From assembly GCA_902782905.1 (NCBI GenBank), contig CACZPB010000008.1, forward strand, positions 1 to 38,095: 38,095 bases of DNA. The letters run 5' to 3'. Origin of the DNA: an uncultured bacterium. GTDB lineage: Bacteria > Cyanobacteriota > Vampirovibrionia > Gastranaerophilales > Gastranaerophilaceae. The notes under the pieces are model-generated. The model ran no database searches and was not told where the DNA came from. It saw only the letters and a program-made list of their open reading frames with translations. Below, one piece after another: positions 1-11,397 of this stretch. A program made the translations under genes and the position numbers. Position 1 is the stretch's first letter. The number at the start of each line of letters is the position of its first letter.

Positions 1-687
1 AGACTTAATTTCAACAATTCCGTCCTCAATTTCAGGAACTTCAAGTTCAAAAAGTTCTCTGACGATTTCAGGATGAGCGTGAGATACAATAACTTGAGGA
101 AGTCTGTTTGTTTCCTTAACGTTAAGTACAAATACTCTGATTCTGTTACCGGGTTTATAATATTCTCTCGGAATTTGTTCTCTTTGAGGCATTATAGCAT
201 CGGTTTTACCAATGTTTACGATAACGTTTCTGTTTTCAACTCTCTGTATAATACCTGTTGTAAGAGTGCCTTTCTTTTCCAAAAATTCGTTTAGAATATT
301 ATTTCTTTCTGCATCTCTTATTCTTTGTGTGATAACTTGTTTAGCCGATTGAGCAGCAATTCTTCCAAATTGGTCAGGTGTAACTTCAATCTTAACTTCG
401 TCATCAATTTCTACTTCATCATCAATTTCTTGAGCATCTTCCAATGAAATTTCCATATCAGGGTCTTCTACATTCTTAACAACAGTTTTTGTTGAGAAAA
501 CTCCGATTTCTCCTGTTTGTTCATCAAAAATTGCTTCAATATTAGCAGCTTCTTTTACGTGCATGTGTTTTTTGTAAGCAGCAACAAGAGCATCACAAAG
601 AGAAGAAATAATTACGTCTTTTGATATACCTCTTTCTCTTTCAAGCTCCTCGCAAGCTTCAAATAATGCTGTTCCGATTTTAATCAT
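1..687 (-). CDS. nusA: Transcription termination/antitermination factor NusA (3' end beyond window edge)
   Basis: Not in the ORF track. Manual translation from ATG at 687 gives MIKIGTALFEACEELERERGISKDVIISSLCDALVAAYKK...FGRIAAQSAKQVITQRIRDAE...VSHAHPEIVRELFELEVPEIEDGIVEIKS, typical NusA motifs; directly downstream of rimP. Confidence 0.96.
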   Translation of the reverse strand, partial: MIKIGTALFEACEELERERGISKDVIISSLCDALVAAYKKHMHVKEAANIEAIFDEQTGEIGVFSTKTVVKNVEDPDMEISLEDAQEIDDEVEIDDEVKIEVTPDQFGRIAAQSAKQVITQRIRDAERNNILNEFLEKKGTLTTGIIQRVENRNVIVNIGKTDAIMPQREQIPREYYKPGNRIRVFVLNVKETNRLPQVIVSHAHPEIVRELFELEVPEIEDGIVEIKS

Positions 688-702
688 TTTTTATTTTCCT
701 TT

Positions 703-1185
703 CTAATCAATATATAACTTTGCTGACTGTATATTGTCTTTTGAAATTTGGAGCTCTACTCCGTCGTCAAAACGGAAAAATGTTAGCCCTTCATTGTCGT
801 CCCAGTCTATAATTTCGCCCTTGAAAATCTTTTCGGTTTCTCCTTCCAAAGGTTCTCTGAGCTTAAGGCTAATTCTTCTGCCTTTGAAGATTAAAAATTC
901 TTTATTCGATTTAAATTTTCTCTCCAACCCCGGAGATGAAACTTCCAGATAATACTTGACGGGAATAAGTTCATCCAGAAAATCATTGAGGCTTCTTGTA
1001 ACATTCTCGCAATCATCTAGTGTAACGTCCTTGTCTTTTGAATATAAATATATTCTCAAAAACCAGCGATGATTCTCTTTTATGAATTCAATCTCTATCG
1101 GAATAAAACCAAATCTCATTGCTGTATTTTCAATGAGCGGCGTTATTTTTTCCAATACTTCGTGTCTGTTAATTTCTTGTTTCAT
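703..1185 (-). CDS. rimP: Ribosome maturation factor RimP
   Basis: Motifs LRIYL, VTLDDCENVTR, YYLEVSSPGLER; rimP-nusA synteny. Start revised from 1272 to ATG 1185 (MKQEIN), which follows a GAGGGAG Shine-Dalgarno. Confidence 0.95.
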   Translation of the reverse strand: MKQEINRHEVLEKITPLIENTAMRFGFIPIEIEFIKENHRWFLRIYLYSKDKDVTLDDCENVTRSLNDFLDELIPVKYYLEVSSPGLERKFKSNKEFLIFKGRRISLKLREPLEGETEKIFKGEIIDWDDNEGLTFFRFDDGVELQISKDNIQSAKLYID

Positions 1186-1206
1186 AAGGTTTTCTCCCTC
1201 ACTAAT

Positions 1207-1233
1207 AAAAAAAAGAACGGTGAGCCGTTCTTT
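1207..1233 (-). terminator. Intrinsic terminator/attenuator in the rimP-nusA leader
   Basis: Minus strand AAAGAACGG-CTCA-CCGTTCTTT followed by a U tract, lying between the promoter and the rimP RBS. Confidence 0.75.
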
Positions 1234-1258
1234 CTTTTCAGAAACTATTCGCAAGCTC

Positions 1259-1287
1259 ATTATAACAAACATGAGCGCTTTTGTAAA
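1259..1287 (-). promoter_or_regulatory. Sigma70-type promoter for rimP-nusA
   Basis: Minus strand TTTACA (1287-1282), 17 nt spacer ending in TGT, then TATAAT (1264-1259): an extended -10. Confidence 0.75.
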
Positions 1288-1295
1288 TTGTTATA

Positions 1296-1652
1296 TTAAG
1301 CTTTATGAAGTTTATCGGAATGGTTTTTTTGTGTATATTTATCGTGCAAATGTATTCCCAAGCCAGCGATTGCTCCGAGTGTGGCACAAGCAACTCCCGC
1401 AAAAGGAATAGGTGTCGCAAGACCAATTAAACCGCTTATTATTGGCAGGTTTACGGGTGTTATAATTTTTAACAATTTCCTAAATTTTCCTGCAAGCAAA
1501 TATTTGCCGTAACGGTTTGTTTCATAAATGTTTGCAGTCCTTTTAGCCAGTATTTTTGCTTCTTTTTGTGATTTTGTAAATTCGTTTTTAGTCGTTCTTA
1601 CATTGTTGTACACAGAATTCTGTGCACTCCTCACCAGTGGTAAAATCCTCAT
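1296..1652 (-). CDS. Hypothetical small basic membrane protein
   Basis: 118 aa ORF; polar/basic N-terminus and a Gly/Ala-rich hydrophobic hairpin (LPIISGLIGLATPIPFAGVACATLGAIAGLGI); fills the gap between rimP and lysS. Confidence 0.65.
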   Translation of the reverse strand: MRILPLVRSAQNSVYNNVRTTKNEFTKSQKEAKILAKRTANIYETNRYGKYLLAGKFRKLLKIITPVNLPIISGLIGLATPIPFAGVACATLGAIAGLGIHLHDKYTQKNHSDKLHKA

Positions 1653-1727
1653 AATTAAATTTTATCACAAAAAATATTTATGTTATTATTGTTCTAAGAG
1701 AATTAATCTGAAAAAGAGGATATAAAT

Positions 1728-3269
1728 ATGACAATGACAGAACATGCAAAAACGCAAAACTCGGCTAAAGAAGCTATAAGACAAACAAGAATTCAAAAAC
1801 TTGCCGAGCTTGCAGATAAGGGAATTAATCCGTATCCTTACGTTTTTGACAGGAACGCTAACGCAGCGGATTTACAGGAAAAATATAAAGATTTGCCAGC
1901 AGGTGAAGAAACCGAAGATGAATACTCAGTAGCCGGCAGAGTTATGGCAATAAGAAATACCGGCATGTTTATTGACCTTATGGATACAACAGGAAAAATA
2001 CAAATTTTTTCACACAAAGAAAATATGAATCCTGATATGGTAAAAACCCTTAAACTCGTTGATATCGGTGATATCTTAGGGTTCACCGGAACGATAAGAA
2101 GAACTCCAAGAGGAGAACTTTCTATAAAAGCAACAGATTTTAAAATGCTTTCAAAATCACTTCTTCCGCTTCCAAACAAGCAAATCAGCGAAGAAAAATT
2201 GGAACAGATGAAGAGTCATCACACAATGTCTGATACGGAAACAAAATACCGTCAAAGATATTTGGATCTTATTGTAAATGAATCAACCCGTGATACTCTG
2301 AGAAAAAGAAGTCTTATAATACAAAAAGTTCGTGAATACTTGTTCAATAAAGGATTCATTGAAGTCGAAACTCCAATGCTCCACACTCAAGCATCAGGTG
2401 CTAATGCAAGGCCGTTTATTACACACCACAACGCTCTTGATATGGATTTGACGCTGAGAATTGCACCTGAACTTCACCTAAAAAGACTTATGGTTGGCGG
2501 TTTGAACGATAAAATTTTTGAACTTTCAAGATGTTTCAGAAACGAAGGTATTGATACCCGCCACAATCCTGAATTTACAATGATTGAACTTTATCAATCT
2601 TACGTTGATTATAATGAAATGATGTCACTTACAGAAAACCTTGTAGCTTACGTAGCACAAGAAGTTTTGGGAACAATGAAGGTTCAATATGGTGAAAATA
2701 TCATAGATTTGACTCCTCCTTGGGACAGAAGAACTATGATTGGCGCAATCAAAGATATGACAGGCGTTGATTTTGGAGAATTCTTTACTGCAAAAGAAGC
2801 TTATGATAAGGCGCGTGAAATGCACGTAGAAGTTGATGAAGCTATGAACTGGGGACAGGTTATTGAGGCTGTTTTTGAAGAAAAAGTTGAGCCGACACTA
2901 ATTCAACCGGTTCACATTATTGATTATCCTCGTGAAATTTCACCTCTTGCAAAGGTTCACAGAGATAACGAAAGGCTTACCGAAAGATTTGAAACCCGTG
3001 TAAACGGATGGGAAATCGCAAACGCTTTTTCAGAATTAACTGATCCAATCGACCAAAGACACAGATTTGAAGCTCAGGCACTTGCAAAAGCAAACGGTGA
3101 TGAAGAAGCTATGTCAATTGATGAAGATTATATTAATGCTCTGGAATACGGTCTTGCTCCAACAGGCGGTATGGGTATGGGAATAGACAGGCTTGTAATG
3201 CTTCTGACTAATTCTCCGACAATCCGTGATGTAATTGCTTTCCCGACGCTCAAAAAAATTGAAAGTTAG
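1728..3269 (+). CDS. lysS: Lysine--tRNA ligase (class II)
   Basis: OB-fold N-terminus, YRQRYLDLI, GANARPFITHHN, LRIAPELHLKRL, FRNEGIDTRHNPEFT, GMGIDRLVM. Confidence 0.98.
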   Translation: MTMTEHAKTQNSAKEAIRQTRIQKLAELADKGINPYPYVFDRNANAADLQEKYKDLPAGEETEDEYSVAGRVMAIRNTGMFIDLMDTTGKIQIFSHKENMNPDMVKTLKLVDIGDILGFTGTIRRTPRGELSIKATDFKMLSKSLLPLPNKQISEEKLEQMKSHHTMSDTETKYRQRYLDLIVNESTRDTLRKRSLIIQKVREYLFNKGFIEVETPMLHTQASGANARPFITHHNALDMDLTLRIAPELHLKRLMVGGLNDKIFELSRCFRNEGIDTRHNPEFTMIELYQSYVDYNEMMSLTENLVAYVAQEVLGTMKVQYGENIIDLTPPWDRRTMIGAIKDMTGVDFGEFFTAKEAYDKAREMHVEVDEAMNWGQVIEAVFEEKVEPTLIQPVHIIDYPREISPLAKVHRDNERLTERFETRVNGWEIANAFSELTDPIDQRHRFEAQALAKANGDEEAMSIDEDYINALEYGLAPTGGMGMGIDRLVMLLTNSPTIRDVIAFPTLKKIES

Positions 3270-3287
3270 ATATAAATCAATAAGCTG

Positions 3288-3325
3288 AAAAATAAAGGTA
3301 CGCAATTTTACGTACCTTTATTTTT
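3288..3325. terminator. Bidirectional intrinsic terminator
   Basis: AAAAATAAAGGTACG-caatttta-CGTACCTTTATTTTT, a perfect 15-bp inverted repeat between convergent genes. Confidence 0.85.
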
Positions 3326-3349
3326 GTGTTTTTTATTGTGTTTTCTGTG

Positions 3350-3703
3350 TTAAGCAAGCGCTTTAATCTTTGAGTTTAGATTTTCAATTGCCTCCATAGC
3401 AGCGTTATATATTTTTATTGAAAGTTTTTTTGAATCTACAGGTTTTTCCACAGAAGTGTAGCTTGTCCCTAAAAGCAGTTTGTCACCCTGTTTTTTGCCC
3501 AATTGGTTCAAACATAACACTGCATAAACTTCTTTTTCTTGGGAAATGTCAGAACAAAGTCCTCTGGTGATTGTTAAATCCATACAATTCTCATCTGCTA
3601 TTTTTTTTATAGCATCCAAGCTTTTTATTGATTCAGGATTAATTCTTTTTAAACGCAGAGCTTTTGCTGCTACTTGGTTGTTGTTGATTGGCGATACTTT
3701 CAT
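3350..3703 (-). CDS. Hypothetical protein with MKVSPINNN-type leader
   Basis: 117 aa ORF with AAGGAG RBS immediately after galE; no recognisable domain. Confidence 0.7.
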   Translation of the reverse strand: MKVSPINNNQVAAKALRLKRINPESIKSLDAIKKIADENCMDLTITRGLCSDISQEKEVYAVLCLNQLGKKQGDKLLLGTSYTSVEKPVDSKKLSIKIYNAAMEAIENLNSKIKALA

Positions 3704-3714
3704 ACATACTCCTT

Positions 3715-4698
3715 TTAGCCTTTATTCTTAAATTCATAATGATAGGCGGTTTCTACACTGTATCTTAAATCATTCTTAGGTTCCCAGTCAAGAGTTTTTT
3801 TTGCTTTTGTGTTATCAGCAACAAGAATTGCCGGATCACCTTCTCTTCGAGGACAAATCTCAAGTGGTATTTCGCAACCTTTTACATCTTCGCAAACCGA
3901 GAAAACTTCTTTTACGCTGTTCCCGTTTTTTGTGCCGAGGTTGAAGAAATTTGTTTCACCGCCATTTTTGAGATATTCAAGAGCCAATACATGTGCTTGA
4001 GCAAGGTCTTCTACGTTTATATAATCTCTAATACAAGTTCCGTCAGGAGTGTTATAATCATCTCCAAACATTTTAAAAGACTTGTCAGGAGTTGCTTTAA
4101 GGACGTTAGGGATAAGGTGTGTTTCAGGTTCATGCCACTCGCCTATTCTGGCTTTTGAGTCGGCTCCTGCAACATTAAAATATCTTAGTCTTACGGATTT
4201 TAAACCATAGGCCCTGTCATAGTCGTCCATAATTTTCTCAACCATAAGTTTTGAATTCCCATACGGATTAATAGGATTTTGCGGGTGTTTTTCATCTATC
4301 GGTGTGTATTCAGGTTCGCCATAAGTTGCGGCTGTAGATGAGAATACTATTTTCTTAACACCGAATTCCAGCATTGCATTCAAAAGGTTAAGCGTTCCGT
4401 AAACATTATTGTAATAATATTTCTGAGGATTTTTAACGCTTTCTGCAACTTGAGAGTACGCAGCAAAATGAACAACAGCTTCAATATCTTTGTTTGACAT
4501 AAATACACCCCTAATCTCATCAAGGTTTCTCAGGTTTCCTTTTATAAATTTAAGGTTTCCGTATTTTTGCAGTGTTTCAATTGTTTCTATATGTCCAAGC
4601 TCCAAGCTGTCAAATACAATAACATTTTGTCCTTTTTCAAGTAGTGCCATTACCAAATGACTTCCTATGTATCCGGCTCCGCCTGTAACTAAAATCAT
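3715..4698 (-). CDS. galE: UDP-glucose 4-epimerase
   Basis: ILVTGGAGYIGSH, HFAA, FSSTAATYG, YGNSK (YxxxK), LRYFNVAGA, TPDGTCIRDYI. Confidence 0.96.
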   Translation of the reverse strand: MILVTGGAGYIGSHLVMALLEKGQNVIVFDSLELGHIETIETLQKYGNLKFIKGNLRNLDEIRGVFMSNKDIEAVVHFAAYSQVAESVKNPQKYYYNNVYGTLNLLNAMLEFGVKKIVFSSTAATYGEPEYTPIDEKHPQNPINPYGNSKLMVEKIMDDYDRAYGLKSVRLRYFNVAGADSKARIGEWHEPETHLIPNVLKATPDKSFKMFGDDYNTPDGTCIRDYINVEDLAQAHVLALEYLKNGGETNFFNLGTKNGNSVKEVFSVCEDVKGCEIPLEICPRREGDPAILVADNTKAKKTLDWEPKNDLRYSVETAYHYEFKNKG

Positions 4699-4755
4699 AT
4701 TTTGCTCCTTTCAAAAGATTGTGCCGCTGCTCCCGAATTCCTATTCGTTAAAATT

Positions 4756-5859
4756 TTATCCTCCCGCACGCGTGGAAGGTGCAGAAATCGCTCCGCTTTC
4801 TATATTGTATATTGTAACATATTTCAAAAATTCTTGCTCAAACAAAAGTGTATCAACAGAAGTTATTATTGTTTGAGTGTTTTTGTCTATCGATTTTAAA
4901 AGATAATTTTGTCTTAAATCATCCAATTCCGCAAGTACGTCATCTAAGAGAAGTATCGGATAAAAACCGGTTTTTTCTTTAATAATTTCAAGTTCTGAAA
5001 GTTTAAGCGAAAGGACAAGAGTTCTCTGTTGACCTTGAGATGCAAACTTTGTAGCATCAATTCCGTTAATCTTCAACTCTATATCATCTCTGTGCGGTCC
5101 AACGCATGCCTGTCTTCTTCCGAATTCCTCCTGACGTCTTTTTGTGAGTTCTTCTCTCAAAAAATCGGCAATTTCTTCAACCTCAGATTTCGGGCAGGTG
5201 TAGTTTAGGGTAAAATTTTCTTCTTCGCTTATAAGTTTATGTTTTAGTGAGGCAATTTTTTCTATTTCTTTAAGAAATTTTTTTCTTAAATAAATTATAT
5301 TCGCACCCGTAATTACGAGTTGTTCATTATATATATCGAGTAGTGCTTCATCTATAATTTCATTTTTAAGCAGATTGTTTTTCTGAATCCTTATTTTATC
5401 ATATTTAGAAATTCTCTCGTCGTAAGCGGGATAAATTTGTGAAATTGCTCTGTCTAGCCAATTCCTTCTGTCTTCCGGAGTGCCTCGCACCAGCAGGAGG
5501 TCTTTTGTCGAAAATAAAACAGTCTTCACTACGAGTTTGAAATTTTTAGGGGTGGTTTTCACCTTATTAATCTTAAGTTCTCGTTTTTTTTCTGAAGTAT
5601 AAAAGTAATCAAGTTCAATATCGGTATCGTTTTTTAGAATTTCCGCCCGAATTTCAAATTTTGGCTCTCCAAACTTTATTAAATCATTTATAGTCGAAGT
5701 CCTCGGACTTTTGAGGTCGGATAAGAAATAAATGCTTTCCAAAATATTGGTTTTACCCTGAGCATTTTTTCCTATGATAAGCGTTTTTTTTGTCGGAAAT
5801 TCAAGCTCTATATTTGTGCAATTTCTGTAATTTTTAAGCCCTAATCTTTTTAACTTCAT
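4756..5859 (-). CDS. recF: DNA replication/repair protein RecF
   Basis: Walker A GKNAQGKTN, GPHRDD, signature SQGQQR, Walker B LLLDDVLAELD. Confidence 0.96.
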   Translation of the reverse strand: MKLKRLGLKNYRNCTNIELEFPTKKTLIIGKNAQGKTNILESIYFLSDLKSPRTSTINDLIKFGEPKFEIRAEILKNDTDIELDYFYTSEKKRELKINKVKTTPKNFKLVVKTVLFSTKDLLLVRGTPEDRRNWLDRAISQIYPAYDERISKYDKIRIQKNNLLKNEIIDEALLDIYNEQLVITGANIIYLRKKFLKEIEKIASLKHKLISEEENFTLNYTCPKSEVEEIADFLREELTKRRQEEFGRRQACVGPHRDDIELKINGIDATKFASQGQQRTLVLSLKLSELEIIKEKTGFYPILLLDDVLAELDDLRQNYLLKSIDKNTQTIITSVDTLLFEQEFLKYVTIYNIESGAISAPSTRAGG

Positions 5860-5947
5860 AGCTTGATTATATCATGGTTTAGGGGAAATAGTTTTTAAAG
5901 TTTATATCCCCATTGACTTATTTACTTACAAAATTAATAATAGATAT

Positions 5948-6595
5948 ATGAAAAGATTTTTAGCAATATTTTTGATAATGAGTATAGCACTACCTTCGCA
6001 TGCTTTTTTCTGGAACAAAAAAAATAAGGCTTTGGAGCAGGAGCTTAAAGGAAAAGGATACGCAGGAACTCTGCCGGATATTGAGAATAAAAATTCCGGT
6101 CCCAAAACGCAGGTCAGCAAGCCGGCTTTTGAGTCTCAAGAGGGTTTTGATAATCCTGCCGAGCTTAAGCCGGTGCCGAAAGATAATCCTGCTTTTGTTG
6201 ATATAATTCAAAAACAGGATAAAACATCCCAATATTCCAAGGATGCTAACGAAATTATTCCCATGCTCGAAAAACTCATGGACTCTATAGAGGATAATGA
6301 AAATTTACAGTTGTTTATCACAAAAGCCAACTTAGTCAGCATGAATATTGATTATTTAGCCGAAAAATATAACGGCCAGCCCGAAAGTTATTATGAATCT
6401 TTCAAAAAGCTTATGGAGGTAAACAGGTATACCAAAACAATTTCGGCTCTTAGACGTGAAGCTGTCGTATACCAACGATACTTAGCCTACACTGAAAGCG
6501 GTTCAATATACAATCCGGAAAATATCAATCAACAGCTGCAATATTTGAAAGAAGAAATTAACTCCGCAATATTAATGCTAAAAGAAGACAGCTAA
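5948..6595 (+). CDS. Hypothetical secreted/periplasmic protein
   Basis: 215 aa; classical Sec signal peptide MKRFLAIFLIMSIALPSHA followed by a helical domain. Confidence 0.8.
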   Translation: MKRFLAIFLIMSIALPSHAFFWNKKNKALEQELKGKGYAGTLPDIENKNSGPKTQVSKPAFESQEGFDNPAELKPVPKDNPAFVDIIQKQDKTSQYSKDANEIIPMLEKLMDSIEDNENLQLFITKANLVSMNIDYLAEKYNGQPESYYESFKKLMEVNRYTKTISALRREAVVYQRYLAYTESGSIYNPENINQQLQYLKEEINSAILMLKEDS

Positions 6596-6666
6596 TCGGT
6601 GTTTGTTTAATTTTAATTTTTATTTTTGTAACAATCTTGTAACAAAGAGTCAAATTTCTGAGGCAC

Positions 6667-6688
6667 AAATACTTTATTTTAATATAGG
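6667..6688 (+). promoter_or_regulatory. Conserved upstream motif A (AAATACTTTAT-N5-TATAG)
   Basis: AAATACTTTAT-TTTAA-TATAGG; the same motif occurs at 15899-15920 (-) and 28273-28294 (+). Confidence 0.6.
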
Positions 6689-6712
6689 TCGTATTTTAGA
6701 TAAGGACGTGTT

Positions 6713-8668
6713 TTGGAAATTCAATCAAACAATATTGCAGGTGTTGGCGTTAACAAGTTACAAGAAGCAAACACCGAAAATAAGCCATTGGTGCAGACAT
6801 CGTCGCCGAACTTTAAGTCGGGGGCGACTACTGTTTTGAATAAATCAGGAAGTATTATGAACTGGATTGAAAATGGCGGTTTCCTTGTACTGTTTTTAAT
6901 TCAAGACTTTTTTGGCATGACTGTACCGCGAAGCATAGCCGGATTTTTGCGTGACAAAGAAGTTACGGGACATTATAATATGCAGGAAGGTTTTGAAGTT
7001 CTCGGAAGAGAAGGTTTGACGGGCCCTTCCATGATGGCGGTTGCGCCGATATCTTTATATCTTGCGGCAAAGTGCGGTCAAACAACAAGTGTTAACTCAA
7101 AACTAATTAAGCATTACGGTAACAGCTTAAAAGAGATGATTGCAGAACCTGATTTTGACAGAAATCTGCTTAAAAATCCGGAAAAGTTTAAGCAGGAATT
7201 TTATACAAGAAACGTAAAAAATGCGTTAGAAAATACTTTAGGGAAAGAAAACGTAAGCTCTGAAACAGTAGATTATGTCCTGTCTCAACTTAAAAACATG
7301 GAAAAGATTCCTGAGGGAACAAAGCTTGCAAAATTCAGAGGTAAGGCTAAATACCAAGCTCAGTGTATGAACAATATAATTGAGCATATTAACAACCTAA
7401 AATACAGTACAGGCTGTGATTTGGAACTTTTGGAAAAACTTCAGCTCGGCAAGAACAAGGGTGAGAATGTATTCAAGACAAGAAACGCATTAGACGGCAT
7501 GATTAAATATGCAAACGATGCGATTACTGCCAATAAAAAGTTAGAGAAGTTGGATGCGGTGATGGCAGACAGCATCAAGCATAACGCATTAGGCAAGCGC
7601 GTATTGACTACAATTTCCATGATTGCGGCAACTCTCGGCGTATTGTCTGTATTGCCAAAAATCTATGCAAGAAGCAACACTGCTCCGGGGGCACGAAAAA
7701 ATCATCAGCAAAATGCTCAGCTAGCTGCTGAAAATAACCAGAATGTCGCATTTAAAGGTAAGGGCAGTGGTGTTATAGAAAAATTAGGCAAAGTTGTTGA
7801 TAAAAACAAGAGCGATTTTGTATCAAAAGAGCTTGAATATAACGGTCACAACTTTACCCATACTCTTATGACCTGTTTATCTATATTCGGGTTGTTAACC
7901 CCGAGAGGACTTAGGGCATACAACAGAGCCGAAGTGGATGAGAACGGTAAAAAAGATTTGACAGAAATTTATGAAATTCTCTTTAGAGATGTAACATCTT
8001 CTCTTGCTGTAGTATTTGCGGTTCCAATGCTTACAAGAGCAGCTGTAACTTCTTATGAAAAGAATTCAGGCTTTGTATTAATGCATAAAGACAGGGCGAT
8101 GAAGGGTTGGAAAACAGGATTAGATCTTCTTAACCCTTACAGCAAAGCACATGTACTTTCTAACTCTGAAATAACATCTTTGTATAACAATATTGATTCC
8201 AAAGAAAAGATGATTAACTTCTGCAAGTATATAGATAACAACGGCGGCGATTTACAAAAGGTACTTGAAAAATCAGAAGAAGCAAAAACAGTATTTAATG
8301 ATAAAACATTTAAGCTTGAAGATATTAAAAAGCTCTCAAAAGCCGAAAAGAACAAGCAAATCATATCCTTTGTGGAAAATATCGAAGAAAATGCTAAAAA
8401 ATTAACGGAAAAAGTTGATAAAAAATCCATAGATAAAATGATTACCAAGCTTATGAAAGGTGCAACAGCAGGCGGTAAAGGAAACAAGATTGCAGCGTTT
8501 GCACGCGGTTTGAATTCGGTTCCGGGAATTTTGACAACATTCTTTATTTCTCCATACTTGTTAGGCTGGGTAATCCCGAGATTAACATACAAAAACACCA
8601 GAAGAATTCACGCAAAACAAGATAGAGAACGTGAAGCTCAAAAGGCAAAAATTAATGCAGCGGTTTAG
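6713..8668 (+). CDS. Hypothetical membrane protein of two homologous modules, each preceded by an F-K-G/S motif
   Basis: 651 aa, TTG start after AAGGA; several hydrophobic segments; internal duplication visible by eye (see findings). Confidence 0.85.
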   Translation: MEIQSNNIAGVGVNKLQEANTENKPLVQTSSPNFKSGATTVLNKSGSIMNWIENGGFLVLFLIQDFFGMTVPRSIAGFLRDKEVTGHYNMQEGFEVLGREGLTGPSMMAVAPISLYLAAKCGQTTSVNSKLIKHYGNSLKEMIAEPDFDRNLLKNPEKFKQEFYTRNVKNALENTLGKENVSSETVDYVLSQLKNMEKIPEGTKLAKFRGKAKYQAQCMNNIIEHINNLKYSTGCDLELLEKLQLGKNKGENVFKTRNALDGMIKYANDAITANKKLEKLDAVMADSIKHNALGKRVLTTISMIAATLGVLSVLPKIYARSNTAPGARKNHQQNAQLAAENNQNVAFKGKGSGVIEKLGKVVDKNKSDFVSKELEYNGHNFTHTLMTCLSIFGLLTPRGLRAYNRAEVDENGKKDLTEIYEILFRDVTSSLAVVFAVPMLTRAAVTSYEKNSGFVLMHKDRAMKGWKTGLDLLNPYSKAHVLSNSEITSLYNNIDSKEKMINFCKYIDNNGGDLQKVLEKSEEAKTVFNDKTFKLEDIKKLSKAEKNKQIISFVENIEENAKKLTEKVDKKSIDKMITKLMKGATAGGKGNKIAAFARGLNSVPGILTTFFISPYLLGWVIPRLTYKNTRRIHAKQDREREAQKAKINAAV

Positions 8669-8700
8669 AGACCATTGTTAATATATTAGGTATTTTGACC

Positions 8701-9147
8701 TTATTTTGTTTCGACTTTTTCTTGCTCTTTCTCTGCAACTTCTGATTTCGGAATCTGTGTTTCTTCAAGATTTCTTATTCTAAGCTCTGCTTCGTGTGCT
8801 TTTAGCATACTCTTAATAATAGTGTCATTCTGAGCTTGAGCTTTCATGTTGGCAAAAACTTCTTTGAGTTCTTCTTCGCTTAAACCGTCTTCAGATTTCA
8901 TACAAACAACAAGCTTTTCTTTTCTGAAAGTAAAGTAAGAAGCTGCTGTAATCCCCCAAAGTAAAAGTCCTTGAATAATCCCGATTGCAGGAAGCGCATC
9001 AATATATGAGGCTGCTAAGTTCCAAGCCTTCATTGCAACAAATCCGGGGAAAAATATAAATCCCGCCGCAAGGCAAGTCAGCATAAAACCAACATATATT
9101 AAACCCTTAATCCCTTTTATCTGAATTATATTTAAGTTCTTTTTCAT
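8701..9147 (-). CDS. Hypothetical membrane protein (about 2 TM plus charged tail)
   Basis: 148 aa; abuts the ligA stop codon; two hydrophobic stretches. Confidence 0.8.
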   Translation of the reverse strand: MKKNLNIIQIKGIKGLIYVGFMLTCLAAGFIFFPGFVAMKAWNLAASYIDALPAIGIIQGLLLWGITAASYFTFRKEKLVVCMKSEDGLSEEELKEVFANMKAQAQNDTIIKSMLKAHEAELRIRNLEETQIPKSEVAEKEQEKVETK

Positions 9148-11136
<1,989 letters not shown>

Positions 11137-11148
11137 CTAATCCTTTAA

Positions 11149-11361
11149 CTATACGACAATACTAAATCCAAGCGCGGATTCAGTGCTGCGGCAGAGCTTT
11201 CTGTTTTCTATCTCCAAATCTCTATCCAACTGAAGTTTTGTTTTCTTTGCATAACCAAGTCTTTGTTGTATCTCATTCTGATTTTTCTTTAGAGAATTCA
11301 AAACTTTTATCTTTTTGCCAATTCTGATGCCTTTTGGAATAATACCTAAAATTCGTGCCAT
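11149..11361 (-). CDS. Small basic hypothetical protein
   Basis: 70 aa ORF with AAAGGAG RBS, co-oriented between the ictB-like gene and ligA. Confidence 0.55.
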   Translation of the reverse strand: MARILGIIPKGIRIGKKIKVLNSLKKNQNEIQQRLGYAKKTKLQLDRDLEIENRKLCRSTESALGFSIVV

Positions 11362-11397
11362 TCAAGAAACTCCTTTACACAAAAAACAAACACTTTT

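Noticed and set aside
4756-5859. recF not adjacent to dnaA/dnaN/gyrB as a sign of rearrangement
   Set aside because: Dispersed recF is ordinary in cyanobacteria-related lineages.
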